Source: Heteronotia binoei (taxonomy: Eukaryota). Taken from it: 64,000 nucleotides of DNA. A program made the translations under genes and the position numbers. This document shows, one piece after another, positions 25,432 to 38,193 of this stretch (its first letter is position 1; each line of letters begins with the position of its first letter). The stretch covers positions 81,592,001 to 81,656,000 of the forward strand of contig NC_083223.1 of NCBI RefSeq assembly GCF_032191835.1. The letters run 5' to 3'. The notes beneath the pieces were generated by a model, which saw only the letters and a program-made list of their open reading frames with translations, searched no databases and had not been told where the DNA came from.

Positions 25432-25773
25432 ATGAAGCTGCCTTATACTGAATCAGACCCTCGGTCCATCAAAGTCAGTATTGTCTGCTCAGACTGGCAG
25501 CGGCTCTCCAGGGTCTCAAGCTGAGGTTTTTCACACCTACTTGCCTGGACCCTTTTTAGTTGGAGATGCCAGGGATTGAACCTGGGACCTTCTGCTTACC
25601 AAGCAGATGCTCTACCACTGAGCCACCGTCCCTCCCCTGCTCTCCAGGGTCTCAAGCTGAGGTTTTTCACACCTACTTGCCTGGACCCTTTTTAGTTGGA
25701 GATGCCAGGGATTGAACCTGGGACCTTCTGCTTACCAAGCAGATGCTCTACCACTGAGCCACCGTCCCTCCCT
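25432..25773 (-). mobile_element. Squam3-type tRNA SINE with tandem duplication of its 5' half
   Basis: Reverse strand: A box TGGCTCAGTGG, B box GGTTCAATCCC, tail ATAAGGCAGCTTCATAGG. The ~135-bp head segment is present twice, nearly identical. Confidence 0.88.
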
Positions 25774-26058
25774 GTATCCCTGTTTCTCTGCCTGTATCTT
25801 CGCCTTTTCCAGAGTTAGTAGCCTCAGTAAACACACAACCACCCCATCGTCCAGCAGCAGCAAAAGCGTAAACAAGAGTAAAGTCTGGTGAGTAAAACAA
25901 CCCGTCGGAGACATTCCATAACGGCCAACGCTCCTCCTCGGTAAACCAACGCGATCAAACCCTCAGCGGGCCACGCCTCCTCAGTAGCCTCAGGTCCGCC
26001 CCTAAAGCCGCCTCCGTCCTAACCCGCCTTTAGCAGGCTCGCTTGAGTCGCGCTGACA

Positions 26059-26072
26059 GTCACCATGGAAAC
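26059..26072. promoter_or_regulatory. CFAP206: RFX X-box in the CFAP206 CpG-island promoter
   Basis: GTCACCATGGAAAC matches the GTNNCCATGGNAAC X-box and lies in a CpG island (about 25900-26330) 1.4 kb upstream of the ATG of a ciliary gene. Confidence 0.75.
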
Positions 26073-26525
26073 ACGACTTGTTCGCGGAGGGCTCGAGCGC
26101 TTTTTTCAGTTCAACGGAAGCCTCCGGGAACCAGAAACGGTTGACGAGTGGCGAAGACTGCAAGAGGGCGCTGCGCGTGACTGAGCGTTACAGTTACAGA
26201 GGAAGCAGGTCAATTCCCAGTTGCTCTGGAGGGCTGAAGCGAGCGGGAATGGAGCAGGGGGGGAAGGTTGGTCGGGTTGTTGATGCCAGTCAGGTGGCTG
26301 ACTGAGGAAGGCGGTCCACAGTCGGGTCGCCAGAAATTGTTGTTGTTATTATTACAATTGAAAACAATATGAAAACAATTTTTATTGAATATCTCACAGA
26401 TTTGGGATCTATACAGCAGTAGTTTAGTTCCGCCTGCCCCCGTCTCTCCCTTTTGCACATATTTAGGTTGTTGCAGCACAATTCATTTAAAATCTGGAGA
26501 ATCTCAGAATTGATTAGGTTAATAA

Positions 26526-26705
26526 TAGAGCTTTTTTGTAGCAGGAGCTCCTTTGCATATTAGGCCACACCCCCTGATGTAGCCAATCCTCCTGGAGTTT
26601 ACAGTAAGCCCTGTACTAATAGCCCTTTAAGCTTTTGGAGGATTGGCTACATCAGGGTTGTGTGGTCTAATATGCAAAGGGTTCCTGCTACAAAAAAAAG
26701 CCCTG
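26526..26705. mobile_element. Palindromic MITE (GGGCTTTTT...AAAAAAGCCCTG family)
   Basis: Long internal inverted repeat, flanked by TTAATA on both sides. Relatives at 30628-31165 and 47039-47211; more distant ones at about 10240-10408 and 12040-12228. Confidence 0.85.
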
Positions 26706-27494
26706 TTAATAGATATTACAAAGAAAGGACGTCTCATAGACGAGATGGCATTAGACTCTGCAATTGGGTATACCAGTTCTTAGTTTCAATTTTTACAGCT
26801 TAAAATCTGCTAGAGCTTCCAGAAACCAGCAATAGTTTTGCAAGAAAATTAACAAATTTTGAACAAATAAAACTACTTCAACAAATTACAAAGATTTAAT
26901 TACTAACCTCTATAACAATCTTGCTATCTCTTTGAAATTATAAACTCCATATTTTAAAGCATTGCACAAGGATTGCAATTAAGAGTTTTTACTTGACCAC
27001 TGGCATTCTGGCAATTTTCAGTCGGACGTCAGACTGGAGCTCCAAGTGTTTTCTGAGGCGCCTCGTATCCTGCTGCTCAACAGTTGCTGCATGCATTGCA
27101 TTGCAAAGAGGAATCTTGCATTGAGGGTCCATTACTACCTTCAGCACCTCAAGGTCTTCAGGTGCTGCAGACAGTTCAGTCTGGGTGGCGCTGTCCTTGC
27201 TCTCCTGGTCCACCAACTGCCCTCACTGTCCTCTAGATGTATTTATGGTTTAACATATCTGATTTTAGGAACTCCACCGGCAAAGCACTGAGCCATTCTT
27301 TGGTTCATTTAAAAATATGTATTTCACGTATGAAACAATAGCTTTTTGAATATTCTTTTATCGTCAGCTTTCCTAATGACTATTGATTCTTTCTACTGCC
27401 TGACCAACTTGTTTCTGAAATGCTGAGAGACTTCAGGAAAATGTGACATTGTATGGTAATAAATAATCCATCCTTTGTCTGTTGATGGTGCAGA

Positions 27495-27602
27495 ATGACT
27501 CACTCTCAAGCTGAAAATGTCATCAAGAACATCATCCGTGAAATAGGGCAAGAATGTGCCATGAAGGGTCAAACTGTATCAGAAACTCTGGTGGCTTTCA
27601 TG
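27495..27602 (+). CDS. CFAP206: CFAP206 coding exon 1
   Basis: MTHSQAENVIKNIIREIGQECAMKGQTVSETLVAFM; donor GTAAGG. The twelve exons total 1866 nt and give an uninterrupted 621-aa frame. Confidence 0.95.
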
Positions 27603-27939
27603 GTAAGGCCAAAGTAGATATTGTACTAGTTGGCTGAGTTGAAGTGCTCTTGTAGCTGTGTTAATGCTAAACACATGCACAGGGGATTTAACTTCCTTTG
27701 AAGTTAATGACATTTCCAACTAAGGTATATTTAACTTAGACTTAGGTGTATTCCTATCCATTTGAACTGAAAAATGTTTTTATGGGAAAAATTTGGAACA
27801 AATGTTGTTTATAACCTGCATTCTGCAGTCAAATTGAGGAGTAAGATTTATTTCAGAACAAATGCTGAGAGGAAATGCTAGGTGGAAAAGACTGTTTATG
27901 ATACTGCTGAATCCCAAAATCTCTCTTGTTGTTTTGTAG

Positions 27940-28023
27940 GTGAAAGCTGTTGTGTTGGATCCAAAGAATGAATTTAATGTAGACAGGACTCTTACAAAGG
28001 CTGATGTTCAAAAACTTATTAAG
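27940..28023 (+). CDS. CFAP206: CFAP206 coding exon 2
   Basis: VKAVVLDPKNEFNVDRTLTKADVQKLIK; AG/GT boundaries. Confidence 0.95.
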
Positions 28024-29054
28024 GTAATTCCTTCTGTTGGAACTTGTTCAAAAGGATTATTTTTACAACCTTTTTTCTGAATCTATGAATGTATTAAGAT
28101 AGTAACAAAAAAATTTCTCTTGAGCAGCTGGCTTGATTTTAATCAATTAATGAAGTCATTAAAAGAAATATAGCAAATACTATTCTGAAGAAGGCAAATT
28201 ATCTACAGTTTTATTAAGAGGATTCCTTATAACACATGTACTGCAGTGTGTTTCAATGGAGTGGAGATCAGTTACACTTTTCAGCATTGCTATAGCCAGC
28301 TGAAGCTCATGTTTCTTGGAACTGTGTCCTTGCAAATAAAGAGTGGATGCTGTGAGCCAGCTTGTCATTGCTGAATGGACATGACCTAGTGAGTACTCTA
28401 ACCTGGAAACCCATAGCCAAAGAGGGTTGTTACACTGGAGAGCCATTGCCAATCTGAGTAGACTTGGGGAGAGGGGCGGGGGCAGGAGAAGCTTGCAATG
28501 CCATTTCATTGTTTTCCCAGGCTCAGAACATTTTATGTTTTTAGTTTCTGCTGTGACCCTTGTGCTTTTTCTTGATACTTTATTTTAAAAATTGCATTGC
28601 CAAATCCCGCTATTCTCCCATCTTCCCATTTTAAACAAAATATTGCAAAGAGTTTTAAGCAGGTTTGTATTTTAAGTTAAAAAATAACATCTTTAATTGT
28701 GTTTGTCTGTGTTCTTTGTAAAGTTTATATCTCTGCTACCTCACATTTTATGATATACACGGCTTGGTCCCCATAGTCCCATTTGAGTCAGATCCAGCCC
28801 TTGTAACAAATGACTTTGACATCCTTGGTCTAAATGATTTTTAAAAATATTTTGTAATTCACCTTCTACCTTTGTGAGAAAGGTGGACTATAAATGAAGT
28901 AAAATAAGATAAATACATACATAGACACAAATTAAAATAAAACATTCCATTAAAATGGATCAGAAATCCAGTGAATGAATGACATTCGGTGTTTTCAGCC
29001 ATAGTATTTTTAGTTTAGCAGAATGTTTAGTTTGGTATGTTTAGTTAGCAGAAG

Positions 29055-29857
29055 TTGGAATTAAGATTGCTGGGAAAATCATCAACAACCTCAGATATGC
29101 AGATGATACCACTCTAATGGCAGAAAGTGAGGACCTCTTGTTGAGGGTGAAAGAGGAGAGCACAAAAGTAGGCTTGAAACTCAACATCAAAAAAACTAAG
29201 ATCATGGCATCTGGCCCCATCACACCTTGGCAAATAGAAGGGGAAGACATGGAAGTCGTGACAGACTTCACATTTCTGGGATCCAAGATCACTGCAGATG
29301 GTGACTGTAGCCATGAAATTAAAAGACGCTTGCTCCTTGGGAGCACAGCTATGGCAAACCTAGACAGTAAAATAAAAAGTAGAGACATCAACCTGCCAAC
29401 AAAAGTCCGTATAGTCAAAGCGATGGTATTCCCAGTAGTAATTTATGGCTGTGAGAGGTGGACCATAAGGAAGGCCGAGCGCAGAAGAATAGATGATTTT
29501 GAGTGCTGGAGAAGAATCTTGAGACTCCCTTGGACTGCAAAAAGATCAAATCAGTCAGTCCTAAGGGAAATCAACCCAGACTGTTCCCTGGAAGGTCAGA
29601 TGCTGAAACTGAAGCTCAAATACTTTGGCCACCAAATGAGAAGGCAGCACTCACTGGAGAAGACTCTGATGCTGGAAAAGACAGAAGGCAAAAGAAGAAG
29701 GGGACGGCAAAAGTTGAGATGGCTGGACAGCGTTACTGATGTAACAAACATGAATTTGAGCAGACTTCGGAGGATGGTGGAAGACAGGAGGGTCTGGCGT
29801 GACTTTGTCCATGGGGTCGCAAAGAGTCGGACTCGACTGTGTGACTGAACAGCAACA
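29055..29857 (+). mobile_element. BovB (RTE) LINE, 5'-truncated, young
   Basis: Open 243-aa RT C-terminus (GLKLNIKKTKIMASGPIT...HGVAKSRTRL), tail CTGAACAGCAACA, 12-bp TSD TATTTTTAGTTT (29005-29016 and 29858-29869). Confidence 0.95.
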
Positions 29858-30627
29858 TATTTTTAGTTTTAAAATGTACCTCACATAGATTGCCTTTTAG
29901 AGACAACAGCACCTATCGTTGGTTCTCAAACTCTATTTGTGTGAGGGGACAAGTCTCCCATGGCATTGGTGAGAGATATTTGAAGGGTGGGAATGATCTT
30001 CCAGGGAAGGACAGGATCTGTAGGTGATGCCTATCCACAGCATAGAACCGCCCCCCACCAATGAATCATATTAGATTATGAACAGAAATAAAGCCACTAG
30101 GCCATCTAACCCAGCATACTGATTCACATAGTGTCCAACCATTTGCACTGGAGGGCCAAATAAACAGGGCATAGAGTCCAGGGTCCTCCTATGATGCTGC
30201 CTCCCTATGTGTGATTTTTGGGAAGGTGGGCAGTGATGTCCTGTTCTGTTATTTACCTAATGCCAGTGTTGACTAGCACTGCTTGAATGTAGAAGCAGGA
30301 AACTGCAACACAACTGTACATGAGTCTCCATATACTTACTTGTGCAACATATATTGAGAGGGGGAGCATAAAAGTACAAGGGAGAAGAATTCAGAATGTT
30401 TGAGAAACTCTGGCATACATAAAAACCAAATTACACCTTGTTCACCACACAAAAGGCTTGCTGTATCATAACCCACAGTCCACAGTTCCTTGTGTGAGTG
30501 GGCTTTTGTTAAAAGGGCATCTTTGTGTGCACCTGCCTTTGAATGCATGGAGCATTTTCTATTGAAGTCAATGGGAACCTCATGTCCACTTCAGTGTTCC
30601 TGGAGCCACATGGATTAGGCTGATATC

Positions 30628-31165
30628 CAGGGCTTTTTCTGTAGCAGGAACTCCTTCGCATATCAGGACACAGACCCCTGATATAGTCAATCCTCCAAGA
30701 GCTTTTGTTGTTGTTCAGTCGGACAGTCGAATCTGGCTCTTTGCAAACCTATGGACCAAGTCACGCCAGGCCCTCCAGTCTTCTACCACCCTCCGAAGTC
30801 CGCTCAAATCCATGTTAGTTATGTCAGTAATGCTGTCCAACCATCTCATCTTTTGCCGTCCCCTTCTTTTGCCTTGTGTTTTCCAGGATCAGGATCTTCT
30901 CCAGTGAGTACTCCCTTCTCATTTGGTGGCCAAAGTATTTGAGCTTCAGCTTCAGCATCTGACCTTCCAGAGAACAGTCAGGGTTGATGTTCCTTAGGAC
31001 TGACTGATTTGATATTCTTGTAGTCCAAGGGACTCTCAAGATTCTTCTCCAGTACAGCTTACAAGGCTCTTATTACAGGGCCTACTGTAAGCTCTTGGAG
31101 TATTGACTACATCAGGGGCATGTGGCCTAATACGCAAAAGAGTTCCTGCTACAAAAAAAAGCTCT
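30628..31165. mobile_element. Palindromic MITE split by a BovB insertion
   Basis: Left arm 30628-30704 and right arm about 31055-31165 belong to the family at 26526; BovB sits near the hairpin centre. Confidence 0.85.
30705..31053 (-). mobile_element. BovB 3' fragment
   Basis: RVPWTTRISNQSVLRNINPDCSLEGQMLKLKLKYFGHQMRR; (CAA)n tail read on + as TTGTTGTTG. Confidence 0.93.
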
Positions 31166-31525
31166 TCTGGTATCAGTCTAATCAATCTAACTTCAGTCAT
31201 CAGTCCCCTGACTGATATGATATATTAAGGTATTAATGACAAGTAAGGTAAGTCATTACTACTTTTCTCTCTTCCGACTACATTATTACTGCAATACAAA
31301 TAATTTCTGAAATAGTAGTGTTCAGCTGCTTGATCTGTTTACTAAAGTTATTTTAAGCTGAACATGTCTCATTTCAAAAATCTGTTATGCTAATAGATTT
31401 TGGGTGATTCCATGCAGAGGTTCACTGTGGAGTACAGTGTTTCTGTGCACTCCAAATTAATGTTATGTCACTTATTTGCTAAGTGACTTGAAAGAACATC
31501 TCACTTCAACACTTTCTCTTTTTAG

Positions 31526-31616
31526 CTGTGTATTAAGAGACTGCTTGACACAAGAAATCCTTCACTGGACACTATTAAGATGCAAGTTTATTTTGATATG
31601 AACTATACAAACCGAG
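31526..31616 (+). CDS. CFAP206: CFAP206 coding exon 3
   Basis: LCIKRLLDTRNPSLDTIKMQVYFDMNYTNR; AG/GT boundaries. Confidence 0.95.
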
Positions 31617-31710
31617 GTAATCAATGGTATGGAGCTACTGAATTTGAATATTGTGTGCTACTTGCATCCATTCTTGTTACATAAGTATGAGTGCAGAACA
31701 ACATGCATGG

Positions 31711-32191
31711 TGTCATGAGCCCTGACAAGGAGGAGCTGGAAGGGTTAACAGACCTGGAAGAGTTGCCAGCCAGTTCCTCAGCTGAACAAATAGCAACTGG
31801 CCCATCAATCACTCGCCAGGCACCAGTGTCAGCTGTTGACAATCAATCTCCTCCAAGCTCTCCTCCTCCCCGGTTCAGATCTCTCAGCCCTAAGTTCTAG
31901 CAGAGTCACTGCCACCCAGGGAGCAGGCTGATTGAGACTCTCATATAGCTCCCATCCAGGACCTGGTAACCTTGTGGAAGCAACAAGTCTATTCTCTGGC
32001 TTGCATCCACACTCCTTCCTGATCCTGACCTGCTTGATTTCCTTGGCACCCTGACCTTTTGGCTTTTGGACATTAACTTCTGATTCTGGTTTGTGATTCT
32101 GCATTGGTGATTTGGCTCCTGCTTGACTTCCTGGACTTTGACCTTGGACTGGCTTTGGACTCCTGCCTGCCTGCATCCTGAGAACGTGACA
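31711..32191. mobile_element. Complete solo LTR
   Basis: TGTCA...TGACA termini, perfect 5-bp TSD CATGG (31706-31710 and 32192-32196), 481 bp, homologous to 2706-3190. Confidence 0.92.
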
Positions 32192-33091
32192 CATGGAAAA
32201 GAAAGCCAAATAATAGAATTTGGTAAACATGAAAGTAGCAACAGCAAGGAAGTTGGAAACTGAATTGCCAGTTCCCCAAATCCTCAAAATTTAGCCATGG
32301 GTTGTGTATCTACATAGTTCTGAAATCTTGGATTGGTGTAGTTGTGTATCTACATAGTTCTGAAATCTTGGATAGGCTAGACACATTCTATTGCTAATGA
32401 ACAGGAATAATTAATAGGTAATAGTTAATGGGTAATCAGTAATCTCCTCATCTGAACATGTTAGCCACCTTAGATCTGCCCAGTGTTCTTTGCTCTGTCC
32501 TGTTTTATTCCTCTGGCCCCTTACTAGAAATCTGGCCCTTTTCAGTATAAGGTTAGCCCTAGAATATCCTGCCCCATGTCTTACGGCAGACTTCATTATT
32601 ATTGTCATTCAGTAGGTCTGGTAACAGTTCTTTTTCAAAGAACTTTTGTTGATATTGGCAATAGCTATTTTTGTTTACCAGTTAGTGATGTTGATTGTAT
32701 CTTTTTGTTTTGGAGAGGAAAATGTTGTTTTCTTGTGGCTTTGTGATCTTATTTTTATATTTGAGTGATTTTGTTTGGAATATTGTTTTGTAAATGTTTG
32801 ATCTCTTGCTATTAGCTGCCTTGAACTCTTCAGGAATATATGGGAGATGTATAGATATTGTAAAAGAAATAAATAATAAACATTTTAATTGGGTAAGCCA
32901 GAAATCTTCTTCACATTCTATGAGTACATGTGACTTCTATGTGCTTTGAATTAGAAGCAGCTTGCAGCTGCAGATATCAGTTCAACAACATCCAGTCTAC
33001 TCCAGTGAAATCTAGATGTTTATGTGACCATCTGCAGGTTGTGTAAAAATTGTTAACTGTATCTTATATGATCCTCTTTATTTTCTTTTAG

Positions 33092-33280
33092 TTGAATTAA
33101 TTAATGAACAGCATCGCATTCTGGAATCCAGGCTTGCTCCTGTGAGCAGAGAAATTACAGATAATCGTGCTCGAACACGAGAAGAATTGGAAAGCATTTA
33201 TCGAAAGATTGTCAGCTATGTACTGCTGCGCTCAGGCCTTGGATCGCCAACTGACATCAAGGTCATTAGAGAGGCAACTG
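33092..33280 (+). CDS. CFAP206: CFAP206 coding exon 4
   Basis: ELINEQHRILESRLAPVSREITDNRARTREELESIYRKIVSYVLLRSGLGSPTDIKVIREAT. Confidence 0.95.
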
Positions 33281-33521
33281 GTTAGTAAAACTTTAAAATA
33301 TGCACTATTGATTTCTGCTAATACCGCTCCCAGTACATTGAAGAATGGGTGCTTGAGTGGTACCAGGTAGCCTATTCAACCAAGGGCCTTCCCAGACACA
33401 AAAGAATAAGAAAAAGTGAACAAATGGTGGTCTAATCCTCAAGTTTCTCATAGTCCACCAGGCAATTTGATATTTCTGTGGCTATTTTTTTAGCATGACA
33501 GTCTGTGCATATATTTTCCAG

Positions 33522-33680
33522 CTGCCCTGCAAAGTGTGTTTCCTCAGACAGAGCTTGCTGCTTTCCTGTCTCTCCATAAGAAGGAAAAAGAGCGACAGTT
33601 GAAAGAACTCACCATGATCGTGACAGGAATTCGATTATTCAACAAGGACTGTGGGAAGGGAGGAGAAGGCATTGATGATT
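33522..33680 (+). CDS. CFAP206: CFAP206 coding exon 5
   Basis: ALQSVFPQTELAAFLSLHKKEKERQLKELTMIVTGIRLFNKDCGKGGEGIDD. Confidence 0.95.
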
Positions 33681-34458
33681 GTAAGTACCTAAATCGGAGG
33701 CCCATATTCTGGGTACCAAATTAAGGATATGTCTACAGTATGTATTTAAGCCACTTTTGTGTAAAAGTGCTTGTTACTGATCACGGTTTTATAGAACTTT
33801 ATCTAATTTTTTTGGCAATGCATTGAAGTTGGCTTTTCCAAATGCTGCATTATTTTGTTTTCAGTCAGTGCAATACCTGTATTTGTTGAATGTCCTCCAA
33901 ATATTAGCTTTATTAAAATTCTATATTATTTAACTGTGTAATTAACCAGTCTGTTTGAACACAAATAGTTGATTTATCAGTTACATTTTTAATTTCTCCC
34001 TTCCTTCAGTACACTCAGAGGGTGTTTTACATGATTCCCCTTCTGTATTCTGTCCTCACAACAACCCTGTGAACTACGGTAGATTGAGTTCCTGGTCCAA
34101 TGGACTGCTACATGACACTGACTGTAATATGAGAGATCTGAATTAGAATATAAAAAGAACTGGGTATGCACCTAAATAATTTTGCACATATGTAAGGACT
34201 GTGTTAATTTTTTCTTCCAGCTGCAGCTCCATGTGTTATTCTAGATGCTGCTTCATAAGAGCCTATGATCTTTGGGGCTTGTTTTTCAGGCCATGAAAGG
34301 ACTGCAGAGAAAGAGATCTCTCAAAAGATTGTGTGTACATATGAAAGGCTGCAGATAGCCTTTGAATTCCAGCCCTGATTCAGAAATATGTGAGAAAATA
34401 TCTTTGACTATTTACAACTTTACTTTCTCCACATTTCCAATCAAATCTGTGTCCATAG

Positions 34459-34667
34459 TACCAGCTATTCTGAATGAAGCTATCCCAGCAGCCAGCCACC
34501 ATATAGATATAGAGCTTCAGACTTCTCAGGACTTGGCATATCGATACACAGCCATGGTTGAAACAATGCACCAGAGCCCAAATGCTGAACTAGAACTGAA
34601 ACTGACAATGTTAAAAGAAGTTCTTTACAACGTGAGACAACACGAAGCGTATCTCTGTGTCATCCTG
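34459..34667 (+). CDS. CFAP206: CFAP206 coding exon 6
   Basis: PAILNEAIPAASHHIDIELQ...LKEVLYNVRQHEAYLCVIL; donor GTAAGA. Confidence 0.93.
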
Positions 34668-35467
34668 GTAAGATTCTAACATGCTTTTCATTTTCTTTAG
34701 AAATGCCTGCATGTGCATTCAAGGTGCCTGTCGATAGTAATAACTATGTTGGGTTCCAAGAAGTGGGGAGGTTCGGCAACAGCAGTAATCTGCTTTTAAT
34801 TGAAATGTAGTATGCATTCCAGTGTACACAACTTTTTTCATGCATAACGGGGAAGACAGCATCTTTTTCTGCAGCATACAGGCACTGTACTTATACAGGT
34901 TCAGATTATGAAATGGCACACAGCTACAGATCACATGAATAATTACATACGTAAGTTCCTCAGTACTGAATGTGGAAGCTTTGGAGACTAATTTTATGAT
35001 ATGTAAAAATAAATAAATCGAGACAATGACAGGGGAGGAGTTTGCTAAGTTGTTGACTGTATCTGTTTCTTTCATTAAAACAGCCACCCACTGCTTGCCC
35101 TGCTACCCCATGATCATTGAGTCACTCCATGACTAAATAAGCTCAGTTTGACCTATTTCTCAGGCTGTAGTCCTGAATATATTTACTTGGGAATGAGCCT
35201 TACTTAATTCAGTACTGCTTACTTATGAATATGCAAGCTTTCATAACTATTTTGTGCCATTTGTAATGCAATCCTGAGTGGAGATGCTCCATTCCAAACT
35301 CACTGATTTGCTAGAGACTAGAATATAATTACATTTCACTGATAATATAGCAGTATAGTCCCCAAAGGGAGCTTTCATATAGTGTGATTTCATAAATCCA
35401 ATTGACTGCTACATTTCCCTCCCTGATATTACAGTCAATCATTGCTTTATGTGTGCTGTTTTTTCAG

Positions 35468-35587
35468 TCTGATGTGATTACCTGTGCACAAGAAGTTGAA
35501 ATGATGCAGAAGCAATTTGCAGCACAGATGGAACAGTTAAAAGTTGTTGTTCGGGCAAAAACAGCTGTGCCTACATCTCAAGTTTAT
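35468..35587 (+). CDS. CFAP206: CFAP206 coding exon 7
   Basis: SDVITCAQEVEMMQKQFAAQMEQLKVVVRAKTAVPTSQVY; donor GTGAGT. Confidence 0.95.
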
Positions 35588-35910
35588 GTGAGTTTCTAAA
35601 ACATAAGGATGCTCTTTCATGAAAATGAAACTTTTATTTATAAAAGGTCATATATATGTTCTGTTGGGTGTGCAGAGGGAGCGTACTTTTTCATACCTCA
35701 TTTCTAGAATTCTTTAGTATTATTTAACATTCAAGTAAATTTTTTAAAAAAATCACTATCTCACCATGTAGAAATTTTATCCTCGCTCTCTCTGTACAAT
35801 ACATATAATGAAGCTATCCTAGCAACAGAGTAAAAATTTTTTGATGAGCAGACAATGCACTTTGTCGTCATAATGACAATGAAAACTTAACATTTTTATT
35901 TGTTTTCTAG

Positions 35911-36109
35911 CCCATCTTTATTGCACTTTCTAACCTTTGGACCAGTTTTCAAGACGAGATACTGGTTCTCAGTTTCCTCAATAACTTGACTGCCAATCTC
36001 CAGCAGTTTTTGGATGCTCATGGAGTGATCTTTCCAGAAGATGTGATGGAGTCTCTTCTTGAAGGCATAACTGTGAGGACTGATGAAGAAAGGTTGAAGA
36101 AATCAGCTG
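35911..36109 (+). CDS. CFAP206: CFAP206 coding exon 8
   Basis: PIFIALSNLWTSFQDEILVLSFLNNL...EERLKKSA; phases compatible. Confidence 0.93.
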
Positions 36110-37150
36110 GTATCCGAAAATCATAATTAATCTACTATAAATCACATGCACACACCATGAAGTCTGTAAAATATTTCTGCCTTCATTTGAAACTTGGACT
36201 CTGTAATTGCTGGGTCTTTAATTCTCTGAATAGTAATCAGGCATCACATAACAGGTTTTCTGGGTAGAATTTTTATAACTAATTTGCAAGAGACTTATGA
36301 CATTAGGGCATGCTAGGACTGCCAGCTCTGAGTTGGGAAATTCCTGGAGATACAGAGGTAGAATCTGGTGAGGGAAGGGACTCCAAATAAGCCATTTTCT
36401 TCAATGGAACTGATCTCTGCAGTCCCGTTGTAATTCTGGGAGATCTCCAGGCTATACCTGTAGGCTAGCAACCCTAAGGTATGCACTTCCTCAAAGCTTA
36501 CTTCCATAATTTCATTTTATTTAATTTATACCCTGCCCTACCCCACCGAGGCGGGCTCATGTTGTAGTAGCAACATGGCAGAGTATTCTTTTCCTTCCTT
36601 TGCTCTTTCTTCCCCTAGTTTTGTTCAAATCTTAAATTGTTGTACAAATTGGGCAGAAAATTATAGTCTAATTCAATTACTGAGCAAGTGTGCTTTCTTT
36701 TATGGAAAAGCAGGAATGGACCCATCCTCTCTACCAAGCACACATTAATAAAGTCTGACATAGGCACTTCACATGGGGGCCCAAATGCATGAACGTGTAC
36801 AAGTAATGTGTACAAGCGCTTCTCTATGAGTCAGAACATCAGCCTTATAAGTGTTTGAACCAAGCCATTGTTAGTTTTGTGTTCAGTAAAGTGTCTTACA
36901 TGCTTCTAGCACTGAACATATTGTTAAGATTCAGATAATAGGTTATTATGAAATAAAGACATTTCCTTTTCCTAAACAACAAATGTGGTAGAATCTGCTA
37001 GTTGCTAATAAATCTGATTAGTGGTAAATCGGCTATTACAAGTCTCCCATCTTTCCCAGTTGTCTTGAAATCTATGGCATGGTGAATAACTTCTTCTTGG
37101 GTATCCTGTTTAGCATTTTTATGTTACTTTGGTTTATATTGTCTTTTCAG

Positions 37151-37291
37151 ATGACAAAGTGAATGTTTCTGACTTCACATCAGAAGAATGGCTGTTTCCA
37201 GAAACCACAATTAATTTTAGCCAACTCATAGTTCAGTACCATGGATTTTGTGCTTACAGTTTTGCTGTGAAAGATGGTCTTCTTCTCCCAG
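37151..37291 (+). CDS. CFAP206: CFAP206 coding exon 9
   Basis: DKVNVSDFTSEEWLFPETTINFSQLIVQYHGFCAYSFAVKDGLLLP. Confidence 0.93.
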
Positions 37292-38193
37292 GTACATCAA
37301 TTTAAAAAATTGTTTGTTTTAAGAGCTTTTTTTACTGCTTCATAGTATAAAGGAAGCCACTATTGATAGGTGGAATTTCTGTATCTCACAATATGTGGAT
37401 TGGAGCTGTTACAGAGAGTATTCTGTCAAGTTTGACTTCTTGATTCTTAAGTATTATATGGTGGTGTTACTACAAATTAGTATAGTGTTTCCCCATAAAA
37501 CTTTATCCTTCAATTTGTTCCTCTTTTTAGGACTTATTACTGAAATGCTGCTTTTATAAATCTCAGAAGAAGTCTCACTAGTTGCAAGGCATGTACTGAA
37601 TTTGTATGTCAAAGTTAACAAAATTCTCTGTCCTGATCCCTTTTACATTGGCAGGAGTCCAAAGAGCTCTTTAGACCTTTGCAAGGCCTTCTGGCATCTA
37701 TTCAGTCCCAGGCACAATTCCTTCTGTTACGTTCTCCTCAATTTCTGGTGTAATTTGCGAGTGAGAATGTCAGAAGCTCTACTCTATACCCATAACTCCT
37801 CCACCATGCCATATGGCAATGCAGGAGAATCTTCAAAATTTAAATGGTACATTAGCAGCAGAGTTTAGAACTGAAGTCTCAGAGCATAAATTTGCATTTG
37901 TATATTCAAAAAAGAAAGATTATAGAGTTTTCATAGTGTGACTTTTTCTACTAATTTGCACTATGGAAGATTGGGTGTTGATGCTGAAATAACCTTGATC
38001 TCTTCCTTGGCTTATAAGAAGGGGTGGGGGGTGGGGCTTGATAATGTAGATGGAATTTCCCAAAGGGTAGACTTCAAGGTAAATGGTCTAACTAGGATAA
38101 AAAGAATGATGAGGAAATAACATAAACATGTGTGTGTCTGGGTGGAGGATATACATATGCACAACCATTGTTTTTGTTGGTTTTATTTGTTAG

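Noticed and set aside
32298-32375. Short tandem duplications (also at 39846-39893 and 56112-56152)
   Set aside because: Ordinary slippage-type duplications of 22-33 bp with no evident function.
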